64,000 nt of DNA from Acutalibacteraceae bacterium (GCA_045591055.1 JAZNSD010000076.1:32481-96480), one strand, 5' to 3'; counted from the first letter of the stretch, positions 1 to 10,552 are shown. The notes: generated by a model not told the origin, from the letters alone. A program made the numbers and translations.

Positions 1-806
1 TTACTGAAAGCCGCAGGGAAGAGGCTGAAAAAACGGGCATCCGGTGTGTGAAGGAGATTATTTCCCTGCCCTCGGTTTGTGCTTTTGTGGGTGCGGATAT
101 TACGGCAGGTCTTATTTTTGCCGACAGGCCCTCAGAAGGCAGATTCAATCTTCTTGTTGATCTCGGAACAAATGCGGAAATAGTGCTTTATTCTGCCGAT
201 TCCGCAATCTGCACCTCTGCAGCTGCAGGGCCCTGCTTTGAGGGAGCAAATATTTCCTGCGGAATGAGTGCGGTAAAAGGTGCAATATATGCCTGTGATG
301 AAAACGGCTTTTCTACCGTAGGCGGTGAAAGGGCAAAAGGAATATGCGGTACGGGGCTTGTTGATATAATAGCCCTGCTCTTAAAAACAGAGGTAATTGA
401 CGAAACAGGCTATATGGAGTGCGAAAGCTTCGTAATTTCCGGGGATGTCACTATAAGCCGTGGGGATATAAGACAGTATCAGTTGGCAAAATCAGCGGTA
501 TGCTCCGCGGTTGAGACCTTATTGAAGCACAAGGGTGTGAGCTTCGATGAGATTGAAAGGATGTATATTTCAGGGGGATTTTCCGCGGGGATCAACACGG
601 AAAATGCCGTAAAAACAGGTCTTTTTCCTGAAGAGCTTAAGGATAAGTGTGTTGCAATAAACAACAGCAGTCTTATGGGCACGGTAAAATATGCCTGCGG
701 TGAGATGACTGAAGATATTTTCAGCGAAGGAATCAGATACATTGACCTGTCTGCGGATTCTTATTTTTCACAGCGGTTTATTGAAAATATGATGTTTGAA
801 ATATGA
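1..806 (+). CDS. ASKHA-fold ATP-binding protein (DUF4445 / RACo-like C-terminal domain), 5' end outside the window
   Basis: The frame is open from position 3 with no stop upstream of the listed start at 48. Actin-like ATPase motifs are present: LVDLGTNAEIVL, AAAGPCFEGANISCGM, GICGTGLVD, ISGGFSAGIN. Confidence 0.6.
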   Translation, partial: TESRREEAEKTGIRCVKEIISLPSVCAFVGADITAGLIFADRPSEGRFNLLVDLGTNAEIVLYSADSAICTSAAAGPCFEGANISCGMSAVKGAIYACDENGFSTVGGERAKGICGTGLVDIIALLLKTEVIDETGYMECESFVISGDVTISRGDIRQYQLAKSAVCSAVETLLKHKGVSFDEIERMYISGGFSAGINTENAVKTGLFPEELKDKCVAINNSSLMGTVKYACGEMTEDIFSEGIRYIDLSADSYFSQRFIENMMFEI

Positions 807-872
807 GAAGGAATCTTACGATTTATCCCCCTGTCCCGGGTCCTGGGGTCCACAGATGTTTTTTAATATATG

Positions 873-899
873 AGCTGCTCCGGAAGGGGCAGCTTTTTT
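873..899 (+). terminator. Rho-independent terminator
   Basis: Hairpin AGCTGCTCC-GGAA-GGGGCAGCT followed by a T6 run. Confidence 0.7.
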
Positions 900-987
900 C
901 TGCCCTTTGAAGGGATATAAATACTGATTGTAATTTCAGATGTCTTTTGTTATAATTATTTTTATATATAATTTATAGGATGAAGAT

Positions 988-2391
988 ATGATTAAGGAAA
1001 AAATAAGTAAAAAGAACTGGTTTATCATCACGCTTTTCTGCTTTATGGGCGGAATTGCCTGGAATACGGAAAATATGTATTTCAACACATTTATAACCAA
1101 TGAAATATATGCCGATGTGTCTGCTGCAGCCATAAAGGGCTCTATGGAGGCCACAACTGCAGTTGCACGTATGGTGGCTTTGTCTGCTATTGCGGCTGTG
1201 CTTACCACCTTTGTTATGGGTGCATTAAGCGACAGACTTAAAAACAGAAAAATGTTTATTTCCGTGGGATATATTCTCTGGGGTGTGGTTACTGCCGCCT
1301 TCGGCTTTATCACAAAAGACAATGTTGCAAATCTTTTCGGTCTGAGCGATGAAGCAAAAATTCTCGGCTGTACTGTCTGGTTTATAATTCTTATGGATAT
1401 TGTGATGACCTTTATGGGCTCAACCAGTAATGACGCTGCCTTTCAGGCGTGGGTAACGGATGTTACCGTACCCCGTCAGAGGCCTGTTGTTGAAACGGTG
1501 CTTTCCGTTGTGGGAACAGTGTCCTCTCTTGCCGTAACGGGTGTGGGAAGCTTTGCCCAGGCAGGCACAATAAGCTACAAGCTTTTCTTTGCAGGACTTG
1601 GTGTCGTTGTTACCTTGTGCGGTGTGGCAGGCTTATTTCTTATAAAGGACCCTCCCCGCACGGCACAGGTGAAGGTTTCTTCAAATTATTGGGCAGATCT
1701 TTTCTACGGCTTCAGACCCTCTGTTATAAAGGAAAATGCAAGACTTTATCTTTCTCTTGTTTCCTTCTGCTTTGCCATTGTTTCCTTCCAGGTTTTCTAT
1801 CCCTATCTTCTTACATATATCCAGTATGTTGTGCTCCCCGATAATGGCGGCATTGAGGGTATATTGAAGCCCGGAGTAATAATTACTGCTGTAGCTGTTG
1901 TGATTGTTCTTCTTGTATGTATAGTAACTCTTCTTAAGAAATCAACGGAAAAGAAGGGCATCTGCCTTGTAATCGGTGTGGTTGTAATGACCTTAGGCTT
2001 TTTCATTCTTTCAACAAGCACAAGCATATATGTTATACTTATAAGCATTCTTCCCGTGGTGCTGGGTAATGCACTTGTGAATATTCTTTTCGGTGCAGCC
2101 GTCAAGGACTTTATTCCCGACGGTAAAACAGGACTTTTCCAGGGTATAAGAATGATATTTGTCGTGCTGATTCCTATGGTAATAGGTCCCGTAATCGGTG
2201 ATATGGCTTGCCGTCATGCGGCTGAAACAATTATCAATGAAGCAAGTGCCGAGGTAATTGTGCCTGCAAAAAATATGTTTCTGTGGGCAGGAGTAGTTTG
2301 TGTTTTTGCTCTGATTCCCTTGTACTTCCTTATAAAAAAAGGCTTTGACACAAAAGAAGAGAAGGCTGAAGAAATTGAAAGTATTGCCTGA
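988..2391 (+). CDS. MFS/GPH-type sugar transporter
   Basis: 467-aa polytopic membrane protein with about 12 hydrophobic segments. It sits directly upstream of a GH127-like gene with a 9-nt gap. Confidence 0.7.
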   Translation: MIKEKISKKNWFIITLFCFMGGIAWNTENMYFNTFITNEIYADVSAAAIKGSMEATTAVARMVALSAIAAVLTTFVMGALSDRLKNRKMFISVGYILWGVVTAAFGFITKDNVANLFGLSDEAKILGCTVWFIILMDIVMTFMGSTSNDAAFQAWVTDVTVPRQRPVVETVLSVVGTVSSLAVTGVGSFAQAGTISYKLFFAGLGVVVTLCGVAGLFLIKDPPRTAQVKVSSNYWADLFYGFRPSVIKENARLYLSLVSFCFAIVSFQVFYPYLLTYIQYVVLPDNGGIEGILKPGVIITAVAVVIVLLVCIVTLLKKSTEKKGICLVIGVVVMTLGFFILSTSTSIYVILISILPVVLGNALVNILFGAAVKDFIPDGKTGLFQGIRMIFVVLIPMVIGPVIGDMACRHAAETIINEASAEVIVPAKNMFLWAGVVCVFALIPLYFLIKKGFDTKEEKAEEIESIA

Positions 2392-2400
2392 GGTGACAAT

Positions 2401-4227
2401 ATGAGTAAATGGAATTTTTATACGTCAAAGGAAATCAAGCCCCGGGGCTGGCTTTTGCGTCAGCTTGAAATTCAGGCGGCGGGGCTCAGCGGAAATCTTC
2501 ATAAAATATGGCCCGATATCCGCGACAGTGCCTGGATAGGCGGAAACAGAGAGGGCTGGGAGAGAGTGCCCTACTGGCTCGACGGATTTATACCTCTTTC
2601 TTATCTTCTTGAAGATGAAGAAATGATTTCTGTAGTAAAAAAATATATTGATGCCATTATTTCATCTCAGGAGGCAGACGGCTGGATATGTCCCTGTCCG
2701 AAGGAAAAAAGAGCAAAATATGATACCTGGGCAATTCAGCTCATCGCAAAAACCCTTACTGTGTATTATAACTGCTCGGGGGATGAAAGAATTCCCGATG
2801 TTATATATAAGGTTATGAAAAACTATTATGAAATGCTGAAAAGCGGAGAAATAACCTTGTTCAAATGGGGAAAATACAGATGGTTTGAAGCCTTTATTGC
2901 TCTTGATTTTCTCTACGAAAAATACTCTGAGGAGTGGATAAAGGAGCTTGCAAAAATTATAAAGGCGCAGGGCTTCGACTATAATATGGCAACCGAAGCA
3001 TGGAAAAAGCCTTCTCATATGTGGCTGAGAAAAACCCATATAGTGAACATTGCCATGATGCTGAAAAGCGAGGCAGTTTCTTATGAGCTGCTGGGTGAAA
3101 AATATACGGACAATGCCGAAAAGCTCAGAGAGATTCTCGATAAATATAACGGTACTGCCTTTGAGGGCTTTACGGGGGATGAGGTGCTTTCGGGGCTTGA
3201 CCCCACAAGAGGCACCGAGCTTTGTGCCGTGGTTGAGCAGATGTATTCCTATGAAGAGCTTTTTGCCCGAACGGGAGATAAAAAGTGGGCAGAGCGTCTT
3301 GAAATGCTTGCCTTCAATGCACTTCCCGCCACACTCAGCGAGGATATGTGGACACATCAGTATGTTCAGCAGGTAAATCAGATTGCCTGTGAGAAAACAA
3401 TGATAATGGCACCCTGGAGCACCAACGGTCCCGAAGCGCACAATTTCGGACTTGAGCCGAATTTCGGCTGCTGTACGGCAAACTTCAGTCAGGGATGGCC
3501 GAAATTTGCCCTTTCGGCATTTATGCACAAGGACGGAAAAATTCTCAATTCCGTTATGCTGCCGTCGGTGCTTAAAGCTGAGGGAGTAACAATTGAGCTT
3601 ACTACAGATTATCCCTTCAACAATAAAATGCACTATTTTGTAGAATCGGAAAAGGACTTTGATTTTCTTATCCGCATTCCCTCTTTTGCAAAGAATCTTA
3701 AGGTGAACGGTGAAAGTAAAGAGACCGCCGACCTTGAATTCAGAATTGAAAAGGGAAAAACAGAGCTTGAGGTTGAATTTACCGCATCTGCCTGCTTCAA
3801 GAAAAGACCCGACGAGCTTTATGTTCTCACTATGGGCTCACTTCTTTTCTGTGTTCCCGTTTCCTATAAAAAGGAAATGCGGGAGTATGTGAAAAAGGGT
3901 GTTGAAAGAAAATTCCCTTATTGTGACTACCGTTTTATTCCCACATCTCCATGGAACTATGCTTATGCGGATGACAGCTTTGAGACAGAATATCATAAGT
4001 CGGGAGATATACCCTTTTCACAGGATAATCCGCCCGTGACAATAAAGGCAAAAATGCAGCCTATAGACTGGGGTCTTAAATTCCCCTATAAGTCAATATG
4101 CAGAAAAACACCGAAGTCAAGAAAGCCCTTGTCGGAAGGGAAGATTCTTCAGCTTGTTCCCTACGGCTGTGCAAGGCTCAGAATGACTCAGATGCCGGTG
4201 CTCAGTAAAAATCAGGGAAATAAATAA
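2401..4227 (+). CDS. Glycoside hydrolase family 127-like protein (DUF1680, beta-L-arabinofuranosidase-like)
   Basis: 608 aa with a GAGGTG RBS. It has an RVPYWLDGFIPL-type N-terminal region and the Cys-rich segment NFGLEPNFGCCTANFSQGWPKF typical of the GH127 Cys/Zn site. Confidence 0.7.
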   Translation: MSKWNFYTSKEIKPRGWLLRQLEIQAAGLSGNLHKIWPDIRDSAWIGGNREGWERVPYWLDGFIPLSYLLEDEEMISVVKKYIDAIISSQEADGWICPCPKEKRAKYDTWAIQLIAKTLTVYYNCSGDERIPDVIYKVMKNYYEMLKSGEITLFKWGKYRWFEAFIALDFLYEKYSEEWIKELAKIIKAQGFDYNMATEAWKKPSHMWLRKTHIVNIAMMLKSEAVSYELLGEKYTDNAEKLREILDKYNGTAFEGFTGDEVLSGLDPTRGTELCAVVEQMYSYEELFARTGDKKWAERLEMLAFNALPATLSEDMWTHQYVQQVNQIACEKTMIMAPWSTNGPEAHNFGLEPNFGCCTANFSQGWPKFALSAFMHKDGKILNSVMLPSVLKAEGVTIELTTDYPFNNKMHYFVESEKDFDFLIRIPSFAKNLKVNGESKETADLEFRIEKGKTELEVEFTASACFKKRPDELYVLTMGSLLFCVPVSYKKEMREYVKKGVERKFPYCDYRFIPTSPWNYAYADDSFETEYHKSGDIPFSQDNPPVTIKAKMQPIDWGLKFPYKSICRKTPKSRKPLSEGKILQLVPYGCARLRMTQMPVLSKNQGNK

Positions 4228-4246
4228 AGCACAGGAGACATTAAAA

Positions 4247-4855
4247 ATGAAATTTGATATTAATAAGCTTGAATGGACGAGACTTCCGGAAAGCTATTCA
4301 ATTTCTGAAGAAAAAATAGAAATAACAACAAAGCCCCATACGGATTTATGGCAGGGAACATATTATCATTTCAGAATTGATAACGCTCCCGTGCTGCAGA
4401 GCGAAACGGATGAAAAATATTTTTCCTTTACCGTAAAAACAGAATTTATGAGTAAGCACAGATTTGATCAGTGCGGTATTGTTATGTATCTTGACAGTGA
4501 AAACTGGCTGAAAGCCTCAGTGGAATATGAAAATGAGGAATTTCAGCATCTGGGAAGCGTTGTTACCAATAACGGATATTCCGATTGGGCAACAACCGCC
4601 ATACCGGCAGACAGAAAAACCATGTGGTACAGATTCAGCCGCAGAGAGGATGATTATTGTATTGAATGCTCCGAAGACGGGGTATTTTTCAGTCAGATGC
4701 GTGTGTGTCATATGTTCGGCGGTGCAGGCCGTATCCGCTTCGGTATTTATGCCTGCAGCCCCGAGAAATCCTCCTTCAGGGCAATTTTTACAGATATGGA
4801 AATCAGTGAATGCAAGTGGCTTCCCCATGACGGTCAGAAGCCGGATGAAGAATAA
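4247..4855 (+). CDS. DUF1349 domain protein (concanavalin A-like lectin/glucanase fold)
   Basis: 202 aa with an AGGAG RBS. The N-terminus LEWTRLPESYSISEEKIEITTKPHTDLWQ is characteristic of DUF1349. Confidence 0.65.
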   Translation: MKFDINKLEWTRLPESYSISEEKIEITTKPHTDLWQGTYYHFRIDNAPVLQSETDEKYFSFTVKTEFMSKHRFDQCGIVMYLDSENWLKASVEYENEEFQHLGSVVTNNGYSDWATTAIPADRKTMWYRFSRREDDYCIECSEDGVFFSQMRVCHMFGGAGRIRFGIYACSPEKSSFRAIFTDMEISECKWLPHDGQKPDEE

Positions 4856-4907
4856 GCTAAATATCAAAGGGATGAATTGCTCAGCCCGGAGAATATTCCT
4901 ATATAAT

Positions 4908-4949
4908 AAAAAACAGACCGCCCCGTAACAAAAGGGCGGTCTGTTTTTT
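4908..4949. terminator. Bidirectional rho-independent terminator between convergent genes
   Basis: A5 - ACAGACCGCCC - loop - GGGCGGTCTGT - T6. The A-run and T-run flank an 11-bp GC-rich stem. Confidence 0.8.
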
Positions 4950-4978
4950 ACTTTATAGGAAATTCCTTCCTATAAAGT
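4950..4978. repeat. Perfect 12-bp inverted repeat (ACTTTATAGGAA-ATTCC-TTCCTATAAAGT)
   Basis: Read directly from the sequence. No flanking U-run on either strand, so it is not a canonical terminator. Confidence 0.5.
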
Positions 4979-5103
4979 AAAAAGATTATATGTCCCGCCG
5001 AACGGGAAGTAAACTTCCCTCGGCGATGGACTATACGAAAGCGTTTCGCCGCAGGTGTACGGCGAAGCCGTTTTCTTGTAAGGAAAGTCCTGAAACATCC
5101 TTT

Positions 5104-5673
5104 TTATATATCCGTCTTTATTGTGATTATTTTCTGCGAGCCGAAATAAACAGCGGTGGGAATGAATATTCCCTTATATACCTTTGCGCTGAGATATACA
5201 TTTTTTGTTTGTGTATCAAGCTGTATTATGTCTTCTATATCGGAATATGACCATTTTCTGCTGTAATGTTTTTCTATTTCTTTTATAGTGTCAAGTGCGG
5301 CAATATTGTTTTCAAAGGTGAAGCTGTCTGCGAAAATTTCCTGTTTTTTATTATAATATTTATAATAAAACCAGATATCCGTATTATTATTCTTTTCTTC
5401 AAGCACGGCAATTCCGTCGTCAGTTTCAGTGACAGCTATTTTTTTGCCGTAGAATTTGTTAGCCTGATTAATATAAATACGAAAGCTTTCACATTCGCTT
5501 ACAGAACCTCTGATGTCTGTGAAAAAAGTAATATCATTCAGGAGAAATAAATATTCCTTTTCGCTTTCAAGTGCTTTTTTCCCACAGGTATAATGATTTA
5601 TAAGCAGATAAGAGGGAATCAAAAGCTGCAGGATAAGAGTAAATATCAGGCAAAGCTTAATTTTCTTTTTCAT
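5104..5673 (-). CDS. Hypothetical N-terminally anchored or secreted protein, co-transcribed with the XRE-membrane protein
   Basis: Start moved to MKKKIKLCLIFTLILQLLIP (hydrophobic N-terminus). It overlaps the upstream gene by 17 nt. I recognise no family motif. Confidence 0.5.
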   Translation of the reverse strand: MKKKIKLCLIFTLILQLLIPSYLLINHYTCGKKALESEKEYLFLLNDITFFTDIRGSVSECESFRIYINQANKFYGKKIAVTETDDGIAVLEEKNNNTDIWFYYKYYNKKQEIFADSFTFENNIAALDTIKEIEKHYSRKWSYSDIEDIIQLDTQTKNVYLSAKVYKGIFIPTAVYFGSQKIITIKTDI

Positions 5674-7105
5674 CAGAAGACACCTCCGTTTCATTATTTG
5701 CCATAGTGATTTTTTGGTTCTGACGGGAGATTCTGAAATTTATTATAAGAAGCAGAGCTCCGAAAACGAGAAGCAGAATACCGTTTCCTATAAGAGACAG
5801 CCCTGAGTTGGATACAATAAGAATTGTAAGAGCCGCAACGGATATGAAGCCTGTGTTTATGGGTGCAAGCTTTCTGCTTTTTGCTCCCCAGATCATAAGA
5901 ATAATGTTTGAAGCGAGAGCAAAAGCTTTTAGTATGCTTATAAAGATGAGCTCAGCGGTATTATGGCTGTTGTCGGGAAAAAGGAATAAACCCAGGGAGA
6001 AAACAAAAAGTGACAGACAGCTTACTGCAAGATAAGCAGAGAAGAGCTTGTTTTTCATTTTACTTTTGGTGAAAATAAAAGCGATAAGCACACCTATATA
6101 CATCAGAGCCGTGAAAACAATATTTTCCGTTTTTATTCTGGTAAAGCCGAAAAAGTCTGCGCCCTGTACAAAAAGCATAATGCTTGTCAGAATAAGACCC
6201 GGAATGCGGTAAGGCATTATAAGATCCTCGTCCTTTAATGAAAGCATAAGAAGGATAAGTCCCGAAGCGCCTGTGCCTGTTATCAGTGTTTTTATATCTC
6301 CTGAAATATTTCCGCCTACAGAAGCGGTGATGGTAAAGCAGGCGATAACACTGAGCCATTGAGCAGCAATGCTTCTGAGACTTTTCTTTTCTGCTTTTAC
6401 AAGACGGGTTGTGTAGTAAGTGCCCATGGCAAGAAGAGCTGCCGAAAGAATAACACCTGAAACAGGGTTGCGGTGGCCCTCTTCGAAAAACCAGGTGATA
6501 GTGCATCCGTATAATACAGCAACGGGAGACACCGCATTGAGAAGCAGTATGACGGGAAAAATGAGAGCACTCAGTATTATCAGAAGTGTATACCAGTCTA
6601 TAACAAGATTGAAAATATTATATGCCATTATAAGCGTGGCGGCAATTCCTGCTGTCCAGAGCATTCCCGCACCCTCGCACCAGGGAATATTGTCCTTTTT
6701 TCTGAGAAGAACGTATACTCCTGCAGCCTGACCTGCAAGAATAGGAATAAAGGAGAGAATTGCCTTTGAAAAAAGCGGCAGCTTCTGCCAGAAATAAACG
6801 AATATAAACACGATTCCCGTTCCTGCAAGAAGTGTGCCGAGAATGGAAAACACTATAAGAAGCGTATTATTGTAATTTGTTTTTTCCGTTTCAAGAGCGG
6901 TGTTTCTTTTTTTGCCGTATATAAGCTCTTCAATTGAAACATCAAAAACAGCGGTAAGCTTATCGAGCATTTCAATATCCGGCTGGGTTCTGTCGTTTTC
7001 CCAGCTTGAAACGGACTGACGGGAAATGAAAAGCATATTTGCAAGCTCTTCCTGAGTGATGCCCTTTTCATTTCTCAGCCGTTTAATGGTTTTTGAAATT
7101 TTCAC
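5657..7105 (-). CDS. XRE-family helix-turn-helix domain fused to a polytopic membrane domain
   Basis: The N-terminus KRLRNEKGITQEELANMLFISRQSVSSWENDRTQPDIEMLDKLTAVFDVSIEELI is a classic HTH_3/XRE motif. It is followed by at least 10 hydrophobic helices. Confidence 0.75.
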   Translation of the reverse strand: MKISKTIKRLRNEKGITQEELANMLFISRQSVSSWENDRTQPDIEMLDKLTAVFDVSIEELIYGKKRNTALETEKTNYNNTLLIVFSILGTLLAGTGIVFIFVYFWQKLPLFSKAILSFIPILAGQAAGVYVLLRKKDNIPWCEGAGMLWTAGIAATLIMAYNIFNLVIDWYTLLIILSALIFPVILLLNAVSPVAVLYGCTITWFFEEGHRNPVSGVILSAALLAMGTYYTTRLVKAEKKSLRSIAAQWLSVIACFTITASVGGNISGDIKTLITGTGASGLILLMLSLKDEDLIMPYRIPGLILTSIMLFVQGADFFGFTRIKTENIVFTALMYIGVLIAFIFTKSKMKNKLFSAYLAVSCLSLFVFSLGLFLFPDNSHNTAELIFISILKAFALASNIILMIWGAKSRKLAPINTGFISVAALTILIVSNSGLSLIGNGILLLVFGALLLIINFRISRQNQKITMANNETEVSSDEKEN

Positions 7106-7326
7106 TGTATATCATCCTTTCCGACAAAAGACTTACGGATTTGTCAATTTAATGATAGCATTCCGTATAAAGCTTGTCACGAAAAAAGTATAAAAAACGG
7201 CTGCTACATTTTGTTGCACCGTGTTTTTTTGTGCAAAATCCGTTGTTTTATATAAATAATATAAGCTGTACTTTATAAGGTCTTAATGATATAATAAAAC
7301 TAAAAAAGCAGAGGAGGAATATTTTT

Positions 7327-9114
7327 TTGGCAGAAAGTAAGCTTCTTTTTATAAACGGAAGACCTCAGCTTGATATTGCAGGAAAGCTTTATGAGCCCTT
7401 TGCATATACAACATATTTTGATGAATGCGGTGAGTGGGAGGACTTTATAAAAGCGGGCTGCAGGTTATTTTTTGTAAATGTGTCCTTTTCATCCCTGCCT
7501 ATAAATAACAGCACAGGCTTTTCTCCCTTTCTTACGGGTGTATTTGATACGGATGAGCCCGGCTATGAGGATTTTGACAAGACGGCAGAAAAAATTATTT
7601 CTCTTTGTCCCGATGCTTTTATTTTCCCGAGAATCAATATTGCAATGCCCGAAAAATGGATATTACGGCATCCCGATGATACGGTGGATACACCATCGGG
7701 AAAAAGAGAATGTTTGTTTTCCGACGCCTTCCGCCGTGAGGGTGCTCAGCTTCTTAAGAAGCTGATTTTACATATTCGTTCATCCTCGTATGCCTCCCGG
7801 GTGGCAGGCTATCAGCTTTGCGGCGGCACAACACAGGAATGGTTTCCCTTTGACCTTTCAGGCTCATATTCCTTTCAGGGAATAAAAAAATTCGCTCTTT
7901 GGGCAGAGAAAAAATACGGAATTCCGGATATCAGAATCCCTTCGCCTGAAGAGCTTCGGGAGAGGGATTGTGAGGAAGTAAAAAAATATTATGAATTCTG
8001 CAGCGAAATGACAGCAGATACAATAAGCTTTTTTGCAAAAACGCTTAAAGACCTTATTTCAGGGGAGCAGATAGCAGGTGTTTTTTACGGCTACAACGCT
8101 TTTGTCAGTGACCCCCTGTGGTGCCATCACGCTTTAAGTAAGCTTATCACTTGTCCCTATATAGATTTCTTTTCCTCTCCCTCGGCATATGACGGCGGAA
8201 GAAAAGGAGGAATTGACTGGGGCGATATGCTGCCCGTTGATTCCCTGAGGCTTCATAATAAGCTTTATTTTGTTGAGTGCGATATAAGAACCCATCTTAC
8301 AAAAAGAATGCAGGACGCGAGACCGGGTGTTTATCCCGACGGTATATATTCTCTTTATGATGATAACGGAAACGAAACCGTGTGGTGCGGTCCCGGAAAT
8401 CTTCAGCTTTCTTTGTCTTATATAAGAAAAGCCTTTATGCATCAGCTTGTGAAGGCATCCGGCTTATGGTGGTTTGATATGTGGGGCGGATGGTATCACT
8501 GTAAAGAGATTATGGCAGAGATTGAAAAAATGCACGGTATTTATGAAGATGCCCGTAATAAAAATACCGTAAAGCTTCCTGATGCCGAAACGGTTATCTT
8601 CATTGACGAAAAGGCATACCGCAGCTTAAACAGACTTTCGCCTCTTCTTCACGCGGTAAGTACCACAAGGGTTGCAATGGGAAACACGGGAATTCCCTTT
8701 CACATATATATGGTCGAGGATGCAGAAAAAATAAGAGGCAGATACCGTGCGGCAGTATTTACCGCTCCCGTGCCCTCAGAAGAAGGAAAGAGGGCTCTTG
8801 AAATCTGTCTTGATGACGGTATGCAGGTTTTATGTGCCGGAAAGGAAAAGCCTTGCTTTTCAACGGACGAGCTCAGGCAGTTTCTTACATCCTCCGGGGT
8901 TCATTGCTATAATTCAGGCGGCAACGTTATTTATTGTTCGGGCGGGTATCTCGGAATTCATCTTGCCGATGACAAGGATACGGAAATTAAGCTCCCCGGA
9001 AAATACCGTGTGAAAGAGCTTTCGGATAATAATGAGAGCTTTGTTACCGATTGCATTGAAATAAAAGGCGAAATGCACGGCACAAGAATGTTTGAACTTT
9101 TTGATTGTGAATAA
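7327..9114 (+). CDS. Hypothetical protein, possibly a TIM-barrel glycoside hydrolase (GH42/GH35-like); function uncertain
   Basis: 595 aa with a TTG start 8-10 nt after GAGGAGG and no signal peptide. It has aromatic-rich segments such as GLWWFDMWGGWY. Family assignment was not verified. Confidence 0.45.
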   Translation: MAESKLLFINGRPQLDIAGKLYEPFAYTTYFDECGEWEDFIKAGCRLFFVNVSFSSLPINNSTGFSPFLTGVFDTDEPGYEDFDKTAEKIISLCPDAFIFPRINIAMPEKWILRHPDDTVDTPSGKRECLFSDAFRREGAQLLKKLILHIRSSSYASRVAGYQLCGGTTQEWFPFDLSGSYSFQGIKKFALWAEKKYGIPDIRIPSPEELRERDCEEVKKYYEFCSEMTADTISFFAKTLKDLISGEQIAGVFYGYNAFVSDPLWCHHALSKLITCPYIDFFSSPSAYDGGRKGGIDWGDMLPVDSLRLHNKLYFVECDIRTHLTKRMQDARPGVYPDGIYSLYDDNGNETVWCGPGNLQLSLSYIRKAFMHQLVKASGLWWFDMWGGWYHCKEIMAEIEKMHGIYEDARNKNTVKLPDAETVIFIDEKAYRSLNRLSPLLHAVSTTRVAMGNTGIPFHIYMVEDAEKIRGRYRAAVFTAPVPSEEGKRALEICLDDGMQVLCAGKEKPCFSTDELRQFLTSSGVHCYNSGGNVIYCSGGYLGIHLADDKDTEIKLPGKYRVKELSDNNESFVTDCIEIKGEMHGTRMFELFDCE

Positions 9115-9237
9115 AAAGATGAATAAAATATAGATTCACCGAGTTGTTTTTTGCTGCAGCTTACTGTATAATCATTGCCGTGAATAAAAATCTTTGAATA
9201 CGGGAGTTTAACCGGGCAATCCGGAAAGTAAAAGCTT

Positions 9238-10509
9238 ATGAATTCAGAATTAAAAAATATGAAGCATTCCGGGAAAAACAGTTCTCAGAGGAATGAAAAC
9301 GGGTTATCCCGCCGTAATTTTTATCTTGCGGCAGGTGTGGCTGTTATGCTTTTTTCAGGTGTGCTTTATGCATGGTCTGTTCTTAAAATTCCTTTTGCAG
9401 AGGAATTCAGGTGGGATGCAGGCTTTCTTGCTCTTAATTTTACTCTCACAATGTGCTTTTTCTGTCTCGGAGCTTTTTTCGGAAGCCTTCTCAATAAAAA
9501 GACGGGAATAAAAATCACTCTGCTTATTTCGGCTGCTCTTTCGGGGCTCGGCTTTGCCCTGACGGGATTTATAAATCCCGACAAGCCCGTGCTTCTTATT
9601 GTTTTTTATGCGGTGATGGCAGGTACGGGAATAGGTATTTCTTATAATGCCGTTGTTTCCTCGGTTACCTCATGGTTTCCCGACAAAAAAGGCTTCAGCT
9701 CGGGCTGTCTGATGCTTGGCTTCGGACTGAGTACCCTGATACTCGGAAATGTTATTGACTTTATGTATAAAAGCGAGGCCTTCGGTTGGCGAAAGGCATT
9801 TGTTATCCTGGGCTGTGTGCTTCTTGCCGTACTTTGCTTCGCCGCCTTTTCTCTTAAAAAGCCGGATGCTCAGACAAAGCTTCCCGCACCTCAGATGAAA
9901 AAAGCCGCCTTCAGCGAAAATTTTGAAAGGCGTGACTTTACTACAGTGGAGATGCTTCGTAATTTTACCTTCTGGCGTGCATTTATATGTATGATACTTC
10001 TTACTGCAGTGGGCAATTCCGCCATAAGCTTTGCAAGAGATCTTGTTTTATCCGTAGATGCTTCTTCCGATACCGCAACCACTATGGTAGGTGTGCTTGC
10101 AGTGTGTAACGGCTTCGGCAGAATCCTTACGGGGTGGCTTTTTGATAAAGCGGGAAGAAGGCTTACAATGTATGCTGCCAATATCATTACTATTGTTGCA
10201 GCAGGTGTGACACTTTTGTCCGTATATGCAGGCTCTCTGCCCCTATGTATTGCGGGACTTTGTCTTACGGGAATTTCCTACGGCTCATGTCCGACGGTAA
10301 CCTCTGCCTTTACATCTGCTTTTTACGGTCAGAAGTATTTTTCCGTAAACTACAGTCTTATAAACTTCAATCTTATTTTTGCTTCGTTCATAGCAGGCTT
10401 CAGTAACACTCTTATGATAAATACAGGAAGCTATACGGCGTCCTTTATAATGCTTCTTGTTATGTCTGTGCTTGCTATGGGACTTAATATAACAATCAAA
10501 AGACCCTGA
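9238..10509 (+). CDS. MFS transporter (oxalate/formate antiporter-like subfamily)
   Basis: 423 aa with about 12 TM segments. The N-terminus RRNFYLAAGVAVMLFSGVLYAWSVLKIPFAEEFRWD is typical of OFA-type MFS proteins. Confidence 0.7.
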   Translation: MNSELKNMKHSGKNSSQRNENGLSRRNFYLAAGVAVMLFSGVLYAWSVLKIPFAEEFRWDAGFLALNFTLTMCFFCLGAFFGSLLNKKTGIKITLLISAALSGLGFALTGFINPDKPVLLIVFYAVMAGTGIGISYNAVVSSVTSWFPDKKGFSSGCLMLGFGLSTLILGNVIDFMYKSEAFGWRKAFVILGCVLLAVLCFAAFSLKKPDAQTKLPAPQMKKAAFSENFERRDFTTVEMLRNFTFWRAFICMILLTAVGNSAISFARDLVLSVDASSDTATTMVGVLAVCNGFGRILTGWLFDKAGRRLTMYAANIITIVAAGVTLLSVYAGSLPLCIAGLCLTGISYGSCPTVTSAFTSAFYGQKYFSVNYSLINFNLIFASFIAGFSNTLMINTGSYTASFIMLLVMSVLAMGLNITIKRP

Positions 10510-10552
10510 CAGACAAATTAATATATAAAGAAAAACAGGAGAATCAGAAAAA

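Noticed and set aside
2662-3633. A 323-aa antisense ORF inside the GH127-like gene. Similar long antisense ORFs occur at 10565..11404, 15182..15679, 15827..16354, 39294..39842 and 53549..54091.
   Set aside because: Each lies fully inside a sense gene with clear family motifs. Their translations are Cys/His/Arg/Phe-rich and low-complexity, with no RBS. They are typical shadow ORFs.
4950-4978. The perfect 12-bp inverted repeat was considered as a second terminator for the convergent gene pair.
   Set aside because: There is no U-tract after it on either strand. The adjacent hairpin at 4908..4949 already has A/T runs on both sides. It is kept only as an unexplained inverted repeat.
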